Source: Octopus vulgaris
Taxonomy: Eukaryota
DNA length: 64,000 nucleotides
Reading direction: 5' to 3'
NCBI GenBank assembly: GCA_951406725.2
Contig: OX597825.1
Span: 60,822,001-60,886,000, forward strand
The notes under the pieces are model-generated. The model did no database searches. It was not told the DNA's origin and saw only the letters and a program-made list of their open reading frames with translations. Made by a program: the position numbers and the translations under genes. Within the stretch, counting starts at the first letter, position 1; the number at the start of each line of letters is the position of its first letter. Below, one piece after another: positions 35,301-49,776 of the stretch.

Positions 35301-38300
35301 ATCAATAAGTTGATACCATGTATACTCATCTACATTCTAATACCTCCTATACTCATCTATAATCTGATACCAAGTATACTCATCTACAATCTAATACCAA
35401 GTATATTCATCTAGTATTAGATACCACGTATACTCATCGAATATTTAATACCATGTATACTCATCTACATTCTGATAGCAAGTATACACATCTACAATCT
35501 TATACCAACTATACTTATCTATAAACTGATACCAAGTATACTCGTCTACAATTTGATATCAAGTATACTCATCTAGAATTAGACACCACGTATAATTTGA
35601 TACCAAGTATACTCATCTACAATCTGATAACATCTATACTCATCTATAATCTGATACCAAGCATACTCATCTACAATCTGATGCCAAGTATACTCATCTT
35701 GTATTAGATACCACGTATACTCATCAATAATTTGATACCATGTATACTCATCTTCATTCTGATACCAAGTATACTCATCTACAATATGATACCAACTATA
35801 CTCATCTATAATCTGATACCACGTATACTCATCTACAATCTGATACCAAGTATACTCTTCTAGAATTAGATACCACGTATACACATCAATACTTTGATAC
35901 CATGTATACTCATCTACATTCTGATACCAAGTATACACCTCTACATTCTCATACCAAATATACTCATCTATAATCTGATACCAAGTATATTCATCTACAA
36001 TCTGATACCAAGTATACTCCTCTAGAATTAGATACCACTTATACTCATCTATAATCTGCTACCAAGTATACTCATCTATATTCTGATACCAAGTACACTC
36101 ATCAACAATCTGATACCACCTAAACTCATCTTTAATCTGATACTATGTATACTGATCTACAATCTGATACCAAGTATATTCATCTAGAATTAAATACCAC
36201 GTATAATCATCAATAATTTGATACCATGTATACTCATCTACATTCTGATACCAAGTATACTAATCTACAATCTTTTACCAACTATATTCATCAGTAATAT
36301 GATACCACGTATACTCATCTACAATTTGATATCAAGTATACTTATCTAGTATTAGATACCACGTATACTCATCATTAATTTGATAACATAAAGACTCATC
36401 TACATTCTGATACCAAGTAACCTCCTCTACAATCTCATACCAAATATACTCATTTATAATCTGATACCAATTTTACTCATCTACAATATGATACCAAGTA
36501 TACTCGTGTAGAATAAGATAACATGTATACGCATCAATAATTTGATACCATTTATACTCATCTACATTCTGACACCAATTATACTCATCTACAATCTAAT
36601 ACCTAGTATACTCATCTATAATCTGATACCAAGCATACTCATCTACAATCTGATACCAGGAATACTCATCTATAATCTGATACCAAGCATACTCATCTAC
36701 ATTCTGATACCAGGTATACTCTCCTACAATCTCATACCAACTATACTCATTTATAATCTGATACCAAGTATACTCGTGTAGAATTAGATACCACGTATAC
36801 TCATCAATAATTTGATACCATGTTTACTCATCTACATTCTGATACCAAGTATACTCGATACCATGTATACTCATCTACATTCTGATACCAAGTATACTCA
36901 TCTATAATCTGATACCAAGGATACTCATCTACAATCTGATACCAGGTATACTCATCTAGAATTAGATACCACGTTTACACATCAATAATTTGATAACATG
37001 TATACTCATCTACATTCTGATACCAAGTATAATCTTCTACAATCTCATACCAACTATACTCATTTATATTCTGATACCAAGTATACTTATCTACAATATG
37101 TTAGCAAGTATGCTCGTGTAGAATTAGTTACCACGTATACTCATCAATAATTTGATACCATGCATACTCATCTACATTCTGATACCAAGTATACTCACCT
37201 ACAATCTGATACCACCTATACTCATCTATAATCTGATACCAATATACTCATCTACAATATGATACCAAGTATACTCGTTTAGAATTAGATACCAAGTATA
37301 CTCATCAATAATTTGATACCAAGTTTACTCATCTACATTCTGATACCAAGTATACTCATCTACAACCTGATTCCAAGCATACTCATCTACAATCTGCTAC
37401 CAAGTATACTCATCTAGAATTAGATACCACGTATACTCATCAATAATTTGATATCATGTATACTCATCTACATTCTGATACCAAGTATACACCTCTACAA
37501 TTTCATACCAACTATACTCATCTATAATCTGATACCAAGTATATTCATCTACTATATGATACCTAGTATACTCCTCTAGAATTAATTACCACGTATACTC
37601 ATCAATAATTTGATACCATGTATACTCATCTACATTCTGATATCAAGTATACTCGATACCATGTATACTCATGTACATGCTGATACCAAGTATACTCATC
37701 TACCATCTGATACCACCTATACTCATCTTTAATCTGATACCAAGTATACTTATCTACAATCTGATACCAAGTATATTCATCTAGAATTCGATACCACGTA
37801 TACTCATATATAACTTGATACCATGTATACTCATCTACATTCTGATACCAAGTATACTCATCTACAATCTTATACCAAATATATTCATCTATAATCTGAT
37901 ACCACGTATACTCATCTTCAATTTGATATCAAGTATACTCATCTAGAATTAGATACCACGTATACTCATCAATAATTTGATATCTTTTATACTCATCTAC
38001 ATTCTGATACCAAGTATACACCTCTACAATTTCATACCAACTATACTCATCTATAATCAGATACCAAGTATATTAATCTACTATCTGATACCTAGTATAC
38101 TCCTCTAGAATTAATTACCACGTATACTCATCAATAATTTGATACCATGTATACTCATCTACATTCTGATATCAAGTATACTTGATACCATGTATACTCA
38201 TGTACATGCTGATACCAAGTATACTCATCTACCATCTGATACCACCTATACTCATCTTTAATCTGATACCAAGTATACTTATCTACAATCTGATACCAAG

Positions 38301-39246
38301 TATATTCATCTAGAATTCGATACCACGTATACTCATATATAACGATACCATGTATACTCATCTACATTCTGATACCAAGTATACTCATCTACAATCTTAT
38401 ACCAAATATATTCATCTATAATCTGATACCACGTATACTCATCTTCAATTTGATATCAAGTATACTCATCTAGAATTAGATACCACGTATACTCATCAAT
38501 AATTTGATAACATGTATACTCATCTACATTCTGATACCAAGTATACTCTTCTACAATCTCATACCAAATATACTCATTTATAATCTGATACCAATTATAC
38601 TCATCTACAATATGATACCAAGTATACTCGTGTAGAATTAGATACCACGTATACTCATCAATAATTTGATACCATTTATACTCATCTACATTCTGACACC
38701 AAGTATACTCATTTGCAATCTGATACCTAGTATACTCATCTCTTATCTGATACCAAGTATACTCATCTAGAATTAGATAACACGTATACTCATCAATAAT
38801 TTGATACCATGTATACTCATCTACATTCTGATACCAAGTATACTCATCTACAATCTCATACCAACTATACTCATTTATAATCTGATACCAAGTATACTTA
38901 TCTACAATATGTTACCAGTATACTCGTGTAGAATTAGATACAACGTATACTCTTCAATAATTTGATACCATGTATACTCATCTATATTCTGATACCAAGT
39001 ATACTCGTCTACAATCTCATACCAACTTTATTCATCTATAATCTGATACCAGTATACTCATCTACAATCTGATACCAAGTATACTCATCTAGAATTAGAT
39101 ACCAAGTATACTCATCAATAATTTGATACCATTTATACTCATCTACATTCTGATACGATGTATACTCTTCTACAATCTCATACCAACTATACTCACTAAT
39201 AATCTGATACCAAGTATACTCATCTACAATATGATACCAAGTATAC
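32352..39246. repeat. 27-bp satellite array (~255 monomers) with higher-order repeats
   Basis: Consensus TATACTCATCTACAATCTGATACCAAG; six variants cycle in a fixed order (162 bp); diagnostic CCTCC variant at 33394, 34382 and 35343. Confidence 0.97.
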
Positions 39247-40186
39247 GCGATACATTACGTTGTTTATAAACAAGAAGGGGTCAATATTTACTTCGAAGCC
39301 CTCATTGAACATTCTACAGTTATGCTTTTCTCTCTTCCCGTCGTGTTATCTCAAGGAGATATAGACTTTTGTGACTCACTATTGTTATACATTTTTCCTG
39401 CCGAGACGTTGTCTCCGTCCAATTTTACATACTGTAAGCAATAGCCGCAAAACTACTCGCATTTACAATCTTCTATGTGCGCTCGTGTGTGAGTGCTGTT
39501 GGAGGCTTAGCTTGTTGTTGTTTTAAAATGTTATGCGTGTGTTGCAGTTCTTATTGCTAAGCAAGTCATTGAAAATATTCTCTGTGTTGTTATCAAGAAT
39601 AAAGTCATTATACTTTCCATTTAAATTTTATTTGTTCCGCTGCAAAACATTCTTGTTCATCGAATATTGTGTTTGTTTGATTTTTTTTTTTTTACTTGTT
39701 TACTGTCTGCAGAAGCATAGTTTGCTTCCGTTCGAGATTTATGTGTCCCCTCTTAAAGAAGCCATTTCATAATATAAATAAATGAAAAAGAAAAGCTTCT
39801 TTTTAAGTCTTCATCTTTTTACTTTTTTTGTCTCAAAGATGGCGGACAGGATGAAATAAAATGCAAACAATTAAGCAGATACTTTCTTATATAGAAGCTT
39901 GACATAAAGTAAACACAATTTGATTAAATCCTACTCCAAATATTTAATACTTGAAAATTCCATGACAAAAGGTTTCGAAAACACAAAACAACGATAACCT
40001 CAAAACATCATAAATATCAGAAATACTGCGATAATAATTATGACTTCTGATTAAAGCAAAGGACCAGGATTTTTTTTTAAGGAAAGGATTGGTCGATATC
40101 AACACTCTCATTACTTCGCTGCTACTTCCTTCTATCGACCTTGGAAGAATAAATGACAAAGTAGACCCTAGCGGAACTAGAACTCA

Positions 40187-40409
40187 GGCGGCGAGCTGGC
40201 AGAAACGTTAGCATGCCTATCGGTATTTCGTCTGCCGTTACGTTCTTGAGTTCAAATTCCGCCGAGGTCGACTTTGCCTTTCATCCTTTCGGGGTCGATA
40301 AATTAAGTACCAGTTACGCACTGGGGTCGATCTAATCGACTTAATCCGTTTGTCTCTCCTTGTTTGTCCCCCTCTATGTTTAGCTCCTTGTGGGCAATAA
40401 AGAAAGAAG
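40187..40409 (+). mobile_element. SINE family B nested in an older opposite-strand copy
   Basis: Family consensus; TAGAACTCA duplicated on both sides (about 40178 and 40413). Confidence 0.85.
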
Positions 40410-41935
40410 AATTAGAACTCAGAACATCAAAAAGCAGAAGTGCCGAATCAAGATACATCCTCCCACATTCAACGTTGAACTGCCATGGGGATATTTTAAG
40501 AAGTCATTCCTGTTTCTTCTTACATCAACCGCAGACAGCTCTACATTCAATGTTTGAGATTATTATCATTTGAAATTAGAATTTAGAATAAATTCAAGTA
40601 CCTATAATGAAAAGGCTGTAGAACGAACAGTAATATAGCGTAAGGTGCGCGGAGAGGCGGAGCGCACAAAGAGGTTACTTTAATATATGTAAGTGTGTCT
40701 GTGCCTGTGTCTCTGGTGGTGAGTGAGTGTTGTAGTCGGAGGTGTGCTACCTTAGGAAAGAGGCTGTCAATTTAGCTACCGAACAGGATGGTAATTATCC
40801 ACGCTACGCCACTAGAAAAAAAAGAAGTAACCACTGACTAAACACATCTGATTTGTTTGTTTATATAATTACTTCAGGTTTTGTCCAACAGATATCTGTA
40901 AGTGTCTCCATCTGGTATTGACCCGTTCTCAATATATGAAAAAAAGATTACTCCGGCTTATTCGAAGGAAATTTTAAAAGCTGTAATGCAGACCACCATT
41001 TTCTTTAGTTTGTTAACTATGTATGGGATCAAGTAGAGGATCATGCAATCAAATAGAGGATTGTGGAGAAAGCTACGCAATATATGAATGAATCAAAGTG
41101 ATGTAAGTTAGCTGAATAATAGCACATTACATAATTCCAGATACGAATGTTCTAGCAGATGTAGGCACATAGAAAAGTCTCTTTTTTTGAACTGGAGGTC
41201 ACAAACTGCTCCGCATTGAGTAGCTATCTCATATGCTTTGACTCATCTGCCTAATATTCTACACCAATTAGATTAATCATGACTTCTACAAACAAAGAGA
41301 ACGAAAATCTTGGGTTATTTTTACTTTTCTTCTGTTTCTTCTCGTTCCAATTTTTGCATCAATCTTCTTCCTGCTTCTTTCCCGTTTTTCTCGTGATTTC
41401 GCCAGCCTCATGATTTTCAAAGAGATCTAATGGCATACACTGAGTCTCTGGTAAATGATTGTATTTCTACAGCACAAAAATATTCGTAGCTCTTTTTTGA
41501 AATTGGGCGTATCAAATGAACAAACAAAAGGAGAGCTTCAACACACATATTGGGAGTTACATGTAGGAATCAAAGCAGTTTGATTCAAATTCCTTGGTAC
41601 TCCGAGTTTCAAAGCATGATACTAATCTCAGCCATTGGATATATATCTATATATATACGCACGTGTGCATGCATGTATGGGGTATTGCATATGGTCAAGT
41701 GGTTTGCACCACTTCTTTACAAGCAGAAGTGGGAAGGCTCGAAAATCTGCAAAACTTGAGTACATGATTATGAATTTTTAATTTATTTATTAAATATTCT
41801 GCACAGATCGCAGGCTTGAAATAGGTGAAAGTAATATATCATTATCACTTTCATTTTCGAGTTTAACATGGTGTGTTTAGTCCGATATCAGGTCTCACCG
41901 AGCAGGCATATGATCAAACCACTCAAGTACATATG

Positions 41936-41966
<31 letters not shown>

Positions 41967-43023
41967 ATGTATATGCATTTATGTATGTATATATATATAC
42001 TATATGTATATAATATATATGTGTGTGTATACGAATGTACTTATATACATATTATGAGTGTATATACACGTATAGGTATTTATTATGCTTAGAGAGTTAC
42101 ACACATATACTTACACGTATATAGAGATTAATGTGTGCGCGTGTATATATACTCTTTTTCCTATGTAAATTTATATACGCGTGCGTGAATGCGAGCATGT
42201 GTACTGTATACGTGCTTATAAACACAAACACACACGAAAACGCAGACACACACAGACTCATACATACACATATATATATAATTCTATGTGTATACGTGTG
42301 TCTATCGAAAATGCCATAAATAAACTCTGGAATGAAAAAATAATTAGAATAAAAGAAAAAAATCCTTTCCATCAAATTTGACGAGTTTCCTAATTCTAGA
42401 CCTGAGACACGAAAGCAGAAAGAAAAACAGTATGTTGTTAAAGTAGTATAGTTGTCATATAAAACACTAGATAGCCTAATTAGGTCCATAGCAAACCGCC
42501 CATTATCTGTCTCCTCTTTAGGTGAACATTCGTCAACTGATGCCGTATAAATTATTTTCTGACCTTGTAGAATAACTTAGTTGTCTTTGTGTTTGCTGTG
42601 TGTTCAGTCTTCACCGCCATAGTCGCTGAGCTGTCGATCAGTTTTCAATTCATGGGTATGAACCATTATTATTTTTTTTTACTTAGACATTGTTTTGCGG
42701 CCATGCTGGGGTACAGACCTATCGGGTTTCGTCGAATAAATAGATCTCGGTACTTGTTTTTTTTTAAACTTGGTATTTATCCTATCTCTACCTTTTGCTG
42801 AGCCACTAAGTAATGGCGGTAAACAAACCAGCACCGGTTGTCAAGTGTTGGGTGTGAGGTAAACACAAAGTATCACGCGTGTGCTCACTTACACACACAC
42901 ATATACACATACATAGACAAGTTTGTTGTCGAAATGGAGGGCTTCAGCCGTTCAAGAAAGTGTAACACCCTGATTTTGGCCTCCTCTGGGTTGTATTATT
43001 CTACACCAGCTACATTGATTATT

Positions 43024-43410
43024 TGGATGGAAGCACTCCGTCTGTTACGACGATGAGGGTTCCGGTTGATCCGATCAACGGAACAGCCTGCTCGTGAAAT
43101 TAACGTGTAAGTAGCTGAGCACTCCACAGACACGTGTACCCTTAACGTAGTTCTCGGGGATATTCAGCGTGACACAGAGAGTGACAAGGCCGGCCCTTTG
43201 AAATACAGGTACAACAGAAACAGGAAGTAAGAGTGAGAGAAAGTTGTGGTGAAAGAGTACAGCAGGGATCACCACCATCCCCTGCCGGAGCCTCGTGGAG
43301 CTTTAGGTGTTTTCGCTCAATAAACACTCACAACGCCCGGTCTGGGAATCGAAATCGCGATCCTACGACCGCGAGTCCGCTGCCCTAACCACTGGGCCAT
43401 TGCGCCTCCA
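43024..43410 (-). mobile_element. tRNA-derived SINE family C variant, 14-bp TSD
   Basis: Head GGAGGCGCAATGGCCCAGTGGTTAGGG...GATTTCGATTCCC; TSD CTACATTGATTATT at 43010-43023 and 43411-43424; 3' tail shared with 19239-19558. Confidence 0.92.
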
Positions 43411-43847
43411 CTACATTGATTATTATTTCTACAGTCAAAGGAGACAAAGATCTTGTTTTTTGTTTCTTTTTAACTTTCATTCTTTGCGCTCCAGTTTTTG
43501 CATCAGCCTTCTTTCCGTTTATATCTTCATTTTTTTTCTCATGTTTTCTCACAGACCAGCGTCCTGGTTTTAAATACACCAAAGTATATGCACTGAGACT
43601 GAAATATTGATTGAAGATACATGGCACGCTATATGAATCTGCCAAATCACTGTATCTCTATAGCATGAAACTATTAGTAGATCTTTTCTAAACTGTGTGT
43701 GTGTGTGTGTGTGTGTGTACAAAGAAAGAGAGAGAGAGAGGGAGTGAGAGAGAGGATAGAGAAAATGTGCGATACATGAATGCATGTATATCTAATACAT
43801 ACATATCTATCAATCTATCTGTCTATTTATCTCTCTATCTCTCTCTC

Positions 43848-43921
<74 letters not shown>

Positions 43922-44109
43922 TGCGTGCGTGTATGTATGTATGTATGTATGTATATATTGGACGAAATGAGATAACAAAGCCAAGGCTTCGAGGAGTTTT
44001 CAGGACATTAATAAGGAAAAGATATAGGTGTAGTCTTACAGCTGTTTCTGAGCTATTATATATTATATATTGCAATTGCTTAATAATAACAATTATTATT
44101 ATCATTTAA

Positions 44110-45880
44110 TGCGGTGCTCAAGCATGGCCACAGTCAAACGACTGAAAGAAGTAAAAGAATAAAAGAATTACTTTTATTATTATTTGCGCTCTATGCACGC
44201 GGCCTAGAATTTTGTGGACAGGTGTCTTGTCAATTGCATTGACATCAGTACGCAACTGGTACTTAATTTACGAACCTTGGAATGTTGAAAGACAAAGTTA
44301 ACCTTGATAGAACTCGAACTTGAAGCAGAAGGCCGCCAGAAATGCCGCTAATAATTTTGTCCTCATACTAACGATTCTGCCAGCTCTCTGCTTTGATAGA
44401 CTTTCTTTAATAAAGGCACTAGGTGTAACATTTGACGACTGTACTCTTTTACTTGTTGCAGTCATTTGATTGCGGCCATGCTGCGACCGCCTTTAGTCGA
44501 GCAAATCGACCCCACGTCTTATTCTTTGTAAGCCTAGAACTTATTCTATTGGTCTCTTTTGCCGAACCGCTAAGTTACGGGGACGTAAACACACCATCAT
44601 CGGTTGTCAAGCGATGATGTTGGGGGACAAAAAAAGACATACAAACATATACACACACATACACACATATACATATACATATATACGACGGACTTCTATC
44701 AGTTTCCGTCTACCAAATCCACTCACAAGGCATTGGTCGGCCCTAGGATATAATAGAAGACACTTGCTCAAGGTGCTACGCAGTGGGACTGAGCCCGGAA
44801 CCATGTGGTTTACAAACAAGTTACTTACCACACAGCCACTGATGATCCGTAAATAATTTACCGACTTAAGAACATGAAAGACGAAATCATCATCACTGAT
44901 ATTTGAACTCAAATCGTGAAAAACCGGGAAAATGCCAGTAAACATTTTATCCAGTGTAGCAATGATACTGCCAGCTCGATATCTACATAATTGTTTCAGA
45001 TTTTGGCCCAAAGCTAATAAGTTTGCTTAAGGAGCTAAATCGATTACATCGACTGCAGTTCTCTATTGAACTTATCAGTAAAATATGTCACTAAACATTT
45101 TATCCGGCGTGCTAATTATTTCGGCAGCTGACGTCTTAATAATCCGCCCTGCTGCAGGTGGAAGGCCTGAAATTTTGGGGGAAGGGGCTAGTTGATTACA
45201 TCAAACCCTCCACTGTTCCACTGGTATTTATTTTAACTGCCCCGAAAGGATGAAAGGTAAAGTTGATTTCGGTGATATTTGAACTCAGAACGTGACGACG
45301 GACGAAATGCCGCTAAACACGTATCCCTACAAGGTAACAATTCTGCCAGATTGCCGCCTTATAATTTCTGATTTATGGCACAAGGCCAGCAATTTCGGGG
45401 TAACGGGTAAGTCAATTCAATCGACACCAATGTTCAACTGGTATTTATTTTATCAGTCCCGAAAGGATGAAAGGCAAAGTCAACCTCGGAAGAATTTGAA
45501 CTCAGAAAGTGAAGACATTGAAATGCTGCTATGCATTTTGCCCAGCTAACGATTCTATCACCTCATCAATAAAGGGCAAATTCGACATCGGCGGAATTTG
45601 AACACAGAACGTATGGACGGACGAAATGCCGCTAAGCATTTTTCCCGGCGCTATAATAATTCTGCCAGCCTTAATATTAATACTAATGCTTAGTGCTAAC
45701 TCCCTAACAGAGCATAACGCATGTGGTATCTTACTAACGGTGTAACAAGCAGAATTATATGATTCTTTCTATGATAGGCACGAGGCCAGAAAGTTGGTGA
45801 GAAACAGAATATTCGATTACATCGAAACTATAGATTAACTTGTACTTATCATATCGACCCCGAAAGGATAAAATGCTAAG
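44110..45880 (-). mobile_element. Cluster of SINEs: one family A (44443-44840) and about six diverged family B copies
   Basis: Repeated CCCGAAAGGATGAAAGG..AAAGT / TTTGAACTCAGAA / TTCTGCCAGC motifs. Confidence 0.8.
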
Positions 45881-45899
45881 TTGTTTTTAGAATTTTATC

Positions 45900-46122
45900 C
45901 TAAACAACAGTAGCTTTCTTGAACTGGATACACGTCGTTGATTGGTTAAAATTACCCAAATACGTCAACTTTAACACGAAATATCTTCTAAATTACGAAA
46001 TTTTGTCAAAAATGCTGAAAGTAAACCACGTTCAGCGTCAGAAATTACACCGATATACGAAATTTCAAAATGTTTAGTTAAAAAAATAATTTTTAAATCT
46101 GTGAGCGAAACTGAACAGCTAG
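45900..46122 (+). mobile_element. Possible Helitron 3' fragment
   Basis: Ends GCGAAACTGAACAG-CTAG-T, resembling a decayed GCGAAGC hairpin plus CTAG terminus. Confidence 0.3.
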
Positions 46123-47815
46123 TCCCCTCCCCAAAAATTTGAGGCCTTGTACCATTAGTGAAATGGATATTTTGTTCGCCGTGATAACTATTCTCCCAGT
46201 TCGCTGCCTTTACAATAACATTTTTTTAAAGTCCTATACATATTTACTTATATTTATTGCAATGTGAATTTGCAGGTCGCAAAGTCAAAACATGCAAACA
46301 GACATATGCAATTATATACGCACAACCTCATACATTTATATGTACATATATGTATACGCCTAATTTTTGTGATTTAAGAGTATTGATGATAGACAAGTTG
46401 ATATGTGGTCTTGTGTTAAGAAAGTAGTTACGAAACCGCGTCTCTGAAGCCAATTATTCCAAAGTGTTATTGCATGTGTCTTTGACAAGCGATCAAAAAG
46501 TGTATATATATATATATATATCAGCAGCACCGTCTCATATATCTGGAAAGTATTCTAGTGTAGGTGTTATGTGAGGTTGCAATGCGTCACAAAATGATGA
46601 CAAATAGACAAAATTTGGTTTCTTTTTTCCTATTAAGTCGGAAAAAATATACATGATGTTGTTTCGAGATCTGATCAAAGATTGTAAGTTCTAAAATTTG
46701 TAGGTAATCTTAGACACTTAATTGAGTGTTATCGATGTGTAGATGTTAAGTAATTTCCTGTCTAATGATTGCGACTTATTAAAATTGCAAAAGATATTGT
46801 TATCTCTTTGTTGAAAGCTGATTACTCGCTTCGTTTTCATAGACAAGTGCTCGTGTACTGAGAGGTTTACTGACGAGCATGCGTGTAGTTTGGTGCATTT
46901 ATTTAGAAAGCTAAAGAACGAAAAATGCAGTATCATCTAAAGAGAGTAACAGTTGAGTTATGATTATAATAAAAAAAATCTAGTTTTACAAACATAAAAA
47001 CCGATCAAAATGTGGTGTCCTTTCGAGGGTCACTCAATCTGTTAGAAACCGCATCAAATTAAATCTTACCGTCTCAAAATAAGGAGACGTATATGCATTC
47101 AGCCTCATATATTTTAAATACATTGTATCTAAAATAAAGGTGCGGTTTTTATCGTCTGAGCGTCTTTGGCAACAGGTTTGATTATCGGAAGATAATAAAA
47201 CTACAACAAAAATCAACAACAGAGACTGGTGCATGATTTAGATATAACGAAGCCTTAAGGTACCAGAGGCAGCCTTATCGGCCAAGGATACGTTGCGTGT
47301 GAAGATTTTAGTATCCATTTGATCAAGATGTGATCTTAGCCCTTTGGCTTACATTTCAGAGAGAATCGACTGTTTAATCAAAATAAACAATATTGCTTTG
47401 AACGAGCTTCTCAACCATATTAGATGAGTGATGCCAGACACTGAAGGGCAACTTCCTTGTTTGTCTGGCCCCTCGATAACACTACAGATTCTCAAATCGC
47501 GGTATAAATGTCGTCATTTGTTTTGAAATGCCGAAAATAACAATGACAGAGTTTATGTTTTGTTGTTGTTGTTTACCGTTCGGCTATAAGAAACTCTGTG
47601 ACAACAGATCACGTATATCTTTCCATCGCCTGTGAGATGACACACCTACAATTCTTAAGCCAGACAAGTCGTTGAATGTAGAGAAAGAAATCACAAAGGA
47701 GAGGCAGTTCTGAAAGAAATATTTGGTTATTCCCACTAAGCGATACTTTGGAATTTGGTAGTCGTATATATATACGTATGTATGTATATTTATTTATATG
47801 TATATGTGTCGTAAA

Positions 47816-48152
47816 ATGGTATGATTATAAAGAGGGCAAATTTTAACCATTTCTCCGCAGACTGAAAAAAAAAACTATGAACAGCCTTAATCGACTTTCG
47901 AACCTTAATAGGTTTTCATCAGAGATGTCCACATTATTCTGAGAGTCTCCAGAAAAACAAGCAGCCAAACTGTTTATATACTCAGCAAATGCAGCGGTTA
48001 CTCTATGAAGGGGTCCCTAATTTGCATACCGAAAGTGTTTAACACTCCATAAATACCAGCGGCTTGTCAACGGTGATCTTACTCCACACAGTACCAAGGG
48101 ATGATAGAATATATATGCAACATGGTATAATTATAAACAGGGCAAATTTTAA
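47816..48152 (-). mobile_element. Direct-repeat-flanked 306-bp element carrying a hammerhead
   Basis: 31-bp direct repeats ATGGTATRATTATAAASAGGGCAAATTTTAA at 47816-47846 and 48122-48152, between TA-rich tracts. Confidence 0.7.
47885..47925 (-). ncRNA. Minimal type I hammerhead candidate
   Basis: TCT-CTGATGA-A-AACC-TATTAA-GGTT-C-GAAA-GTCGAT-TA-AGG; near-palindromic stem III AGTCGATT, short stem I. Confidence 0.65.
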
Positions 48153-48680
48153 TATATATATATATATATATCGTTTTGAGATTTGGTTTGCAAGATACAT
48201 TCACCGGTAAGTAAATGAGTGGAAATTTTACCGGTGAGTATGTTAAATTATAAAGCATCAAATTATAAAGCATCAAAAGTAAATAACTCTCTCTCTCTCT
48301 ATATATATATATATATCTTAGAACCTCTCTTTCCCACTCCAGTTTACTTAGGAATCAGTCTAGCTGACGTCTTTCTCAACCGGGTCGCTGACCTTAGGTA
48401 TCATATTACACACTTTCATGAACTATATTCTTAATCTCAACGACCACATTTGCTGATCATCCTCCTAATTCATAGTTGACATCGACACACTTCAGTTACA
48501 TCCATGCTGTATTCTTGGGATATTCCTTTCTTTGTCAAATTACTTTTCATCTGATGATTACGATTTTTTTGTAATGAAGTAATGTTCTCATTTTCTATTA
48601 AAAATGATACGCAAGAAACAGTTGTAATGAGGTGACAGTTATCCATCGTATGCTATTATTCATTTGATTATATATATTTT

Positions 48681-49075
48681 GGCGCAGGAGGGCCTGTGTG
48701 ATAAGTAGCTTGCTTACCAACCACATGGTTCCAGGTTCAGTCCCACTGCGTAGCACCTTGAGCAAGTGTCTTCTACTATAGCCTCGGGCCGACCAATGCC
48801 TTGTGAGTGGATTTGGTAGACGGAAACTGAAAGAAGCCCGTCGTATATATATGTATATATATGTGTGTGCGTTTGTGTGTCTTTGTCTCCCAACATCGCT
48901 TGAAAACCGATGCTGGTATGTTTACGTCCCCGTAACTTCGCGGTTCGACAAAAGAGTCCAAAAGAATAAGTACGCGGCTTACAAAGATTAAGTCCTGGGG
49001 TCTATTTGTTCGACTAAAAGCGTTGCTCCAGCATGCCCACAGTCAGAGGAATGAAACAAATAAAAGATTAAAGGA
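48681..49075 (+). mobile_element. SINE family A, full length
   Basis: Family consensus match. Confidence 0.9.
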
Positions 49076-49359
49076 AAAGAAAATATATATGACTCAAATA
49101 TGTGAATATGTGTGTATGTACGAAAGTATGTATGCGTATGTGTAAATATATACGCACATGCATACATACTTTCGTGCATACACACACACATTCACACACA
49201 CACACATATATATGCTGCGTGTTATGCTTCTACTTGTCCTCGGAAACCACGTGACAACCAGCGTTGGTTTGTTTATGGCACCGTAATTTAGTGGCTCGGA
49301 AAAGAGACCGATAAATATAAGAAAAAGTAGGCATAAAAAAATAATTACTGGAGTCTATT

Positions 49360-49776
49360 ATTTCTTTACTGCCCATTAGGGGCTAAACACAGAGGGGACA
49401 AACAAGGACAGACACTTGGATTAAGTCGATTACATCGACCTCAGTGCATAACTGGTACTTAATTTATCAACCCCGAAAGGATAAGAGGCAAAGTCGACCT
49501 CGACGGAATTTGAACTCAGAACGTAACGGCAGACGAAATACCTATTTCTTTACTACCCACAGGGGGCTAAACACAGAGAGGACAAACAAGGACAGACAAA
49601 CGGATTAAGTCGATTATATCGACACCAGTGCGTAACTGATAATTATTTAATCGACCCCGAAAGGATGAAAGGCAAAGTCGACCTCGGCGGAATTTGAACT
49701 CAGAACGTAGAGGCAAACGAAATACTGCTAAGCATTTCGCCCAGCGTGCTAACGATTCTGCCAGATTACCACCTTC
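49360..49776 (-). mobile_element. SINE family B dimer inserted in an old family A body, 13-bp TSD
   Basis: ACTGGAGTCTATT at 49347-49359 and 49777-49789. Confidence 0.92.

Noticed and set aside
32352-39246. CRISPR array or intact repeat-protein gene
   Set aside because: Monomers abut with no unique spacers, there are no cas genes, and the context is eukaryotic. In-frame stops and 16-bp units break every frame.
39250-40900. Possible solo LTR or promoter (AATAAA near 39598, YY1-like AAGATGGCGG near 39836, GC-rich patch near 40640)
   Set aside because: No TG..CA ends, TSD or second copy identified; the short motifs are expected by chance.
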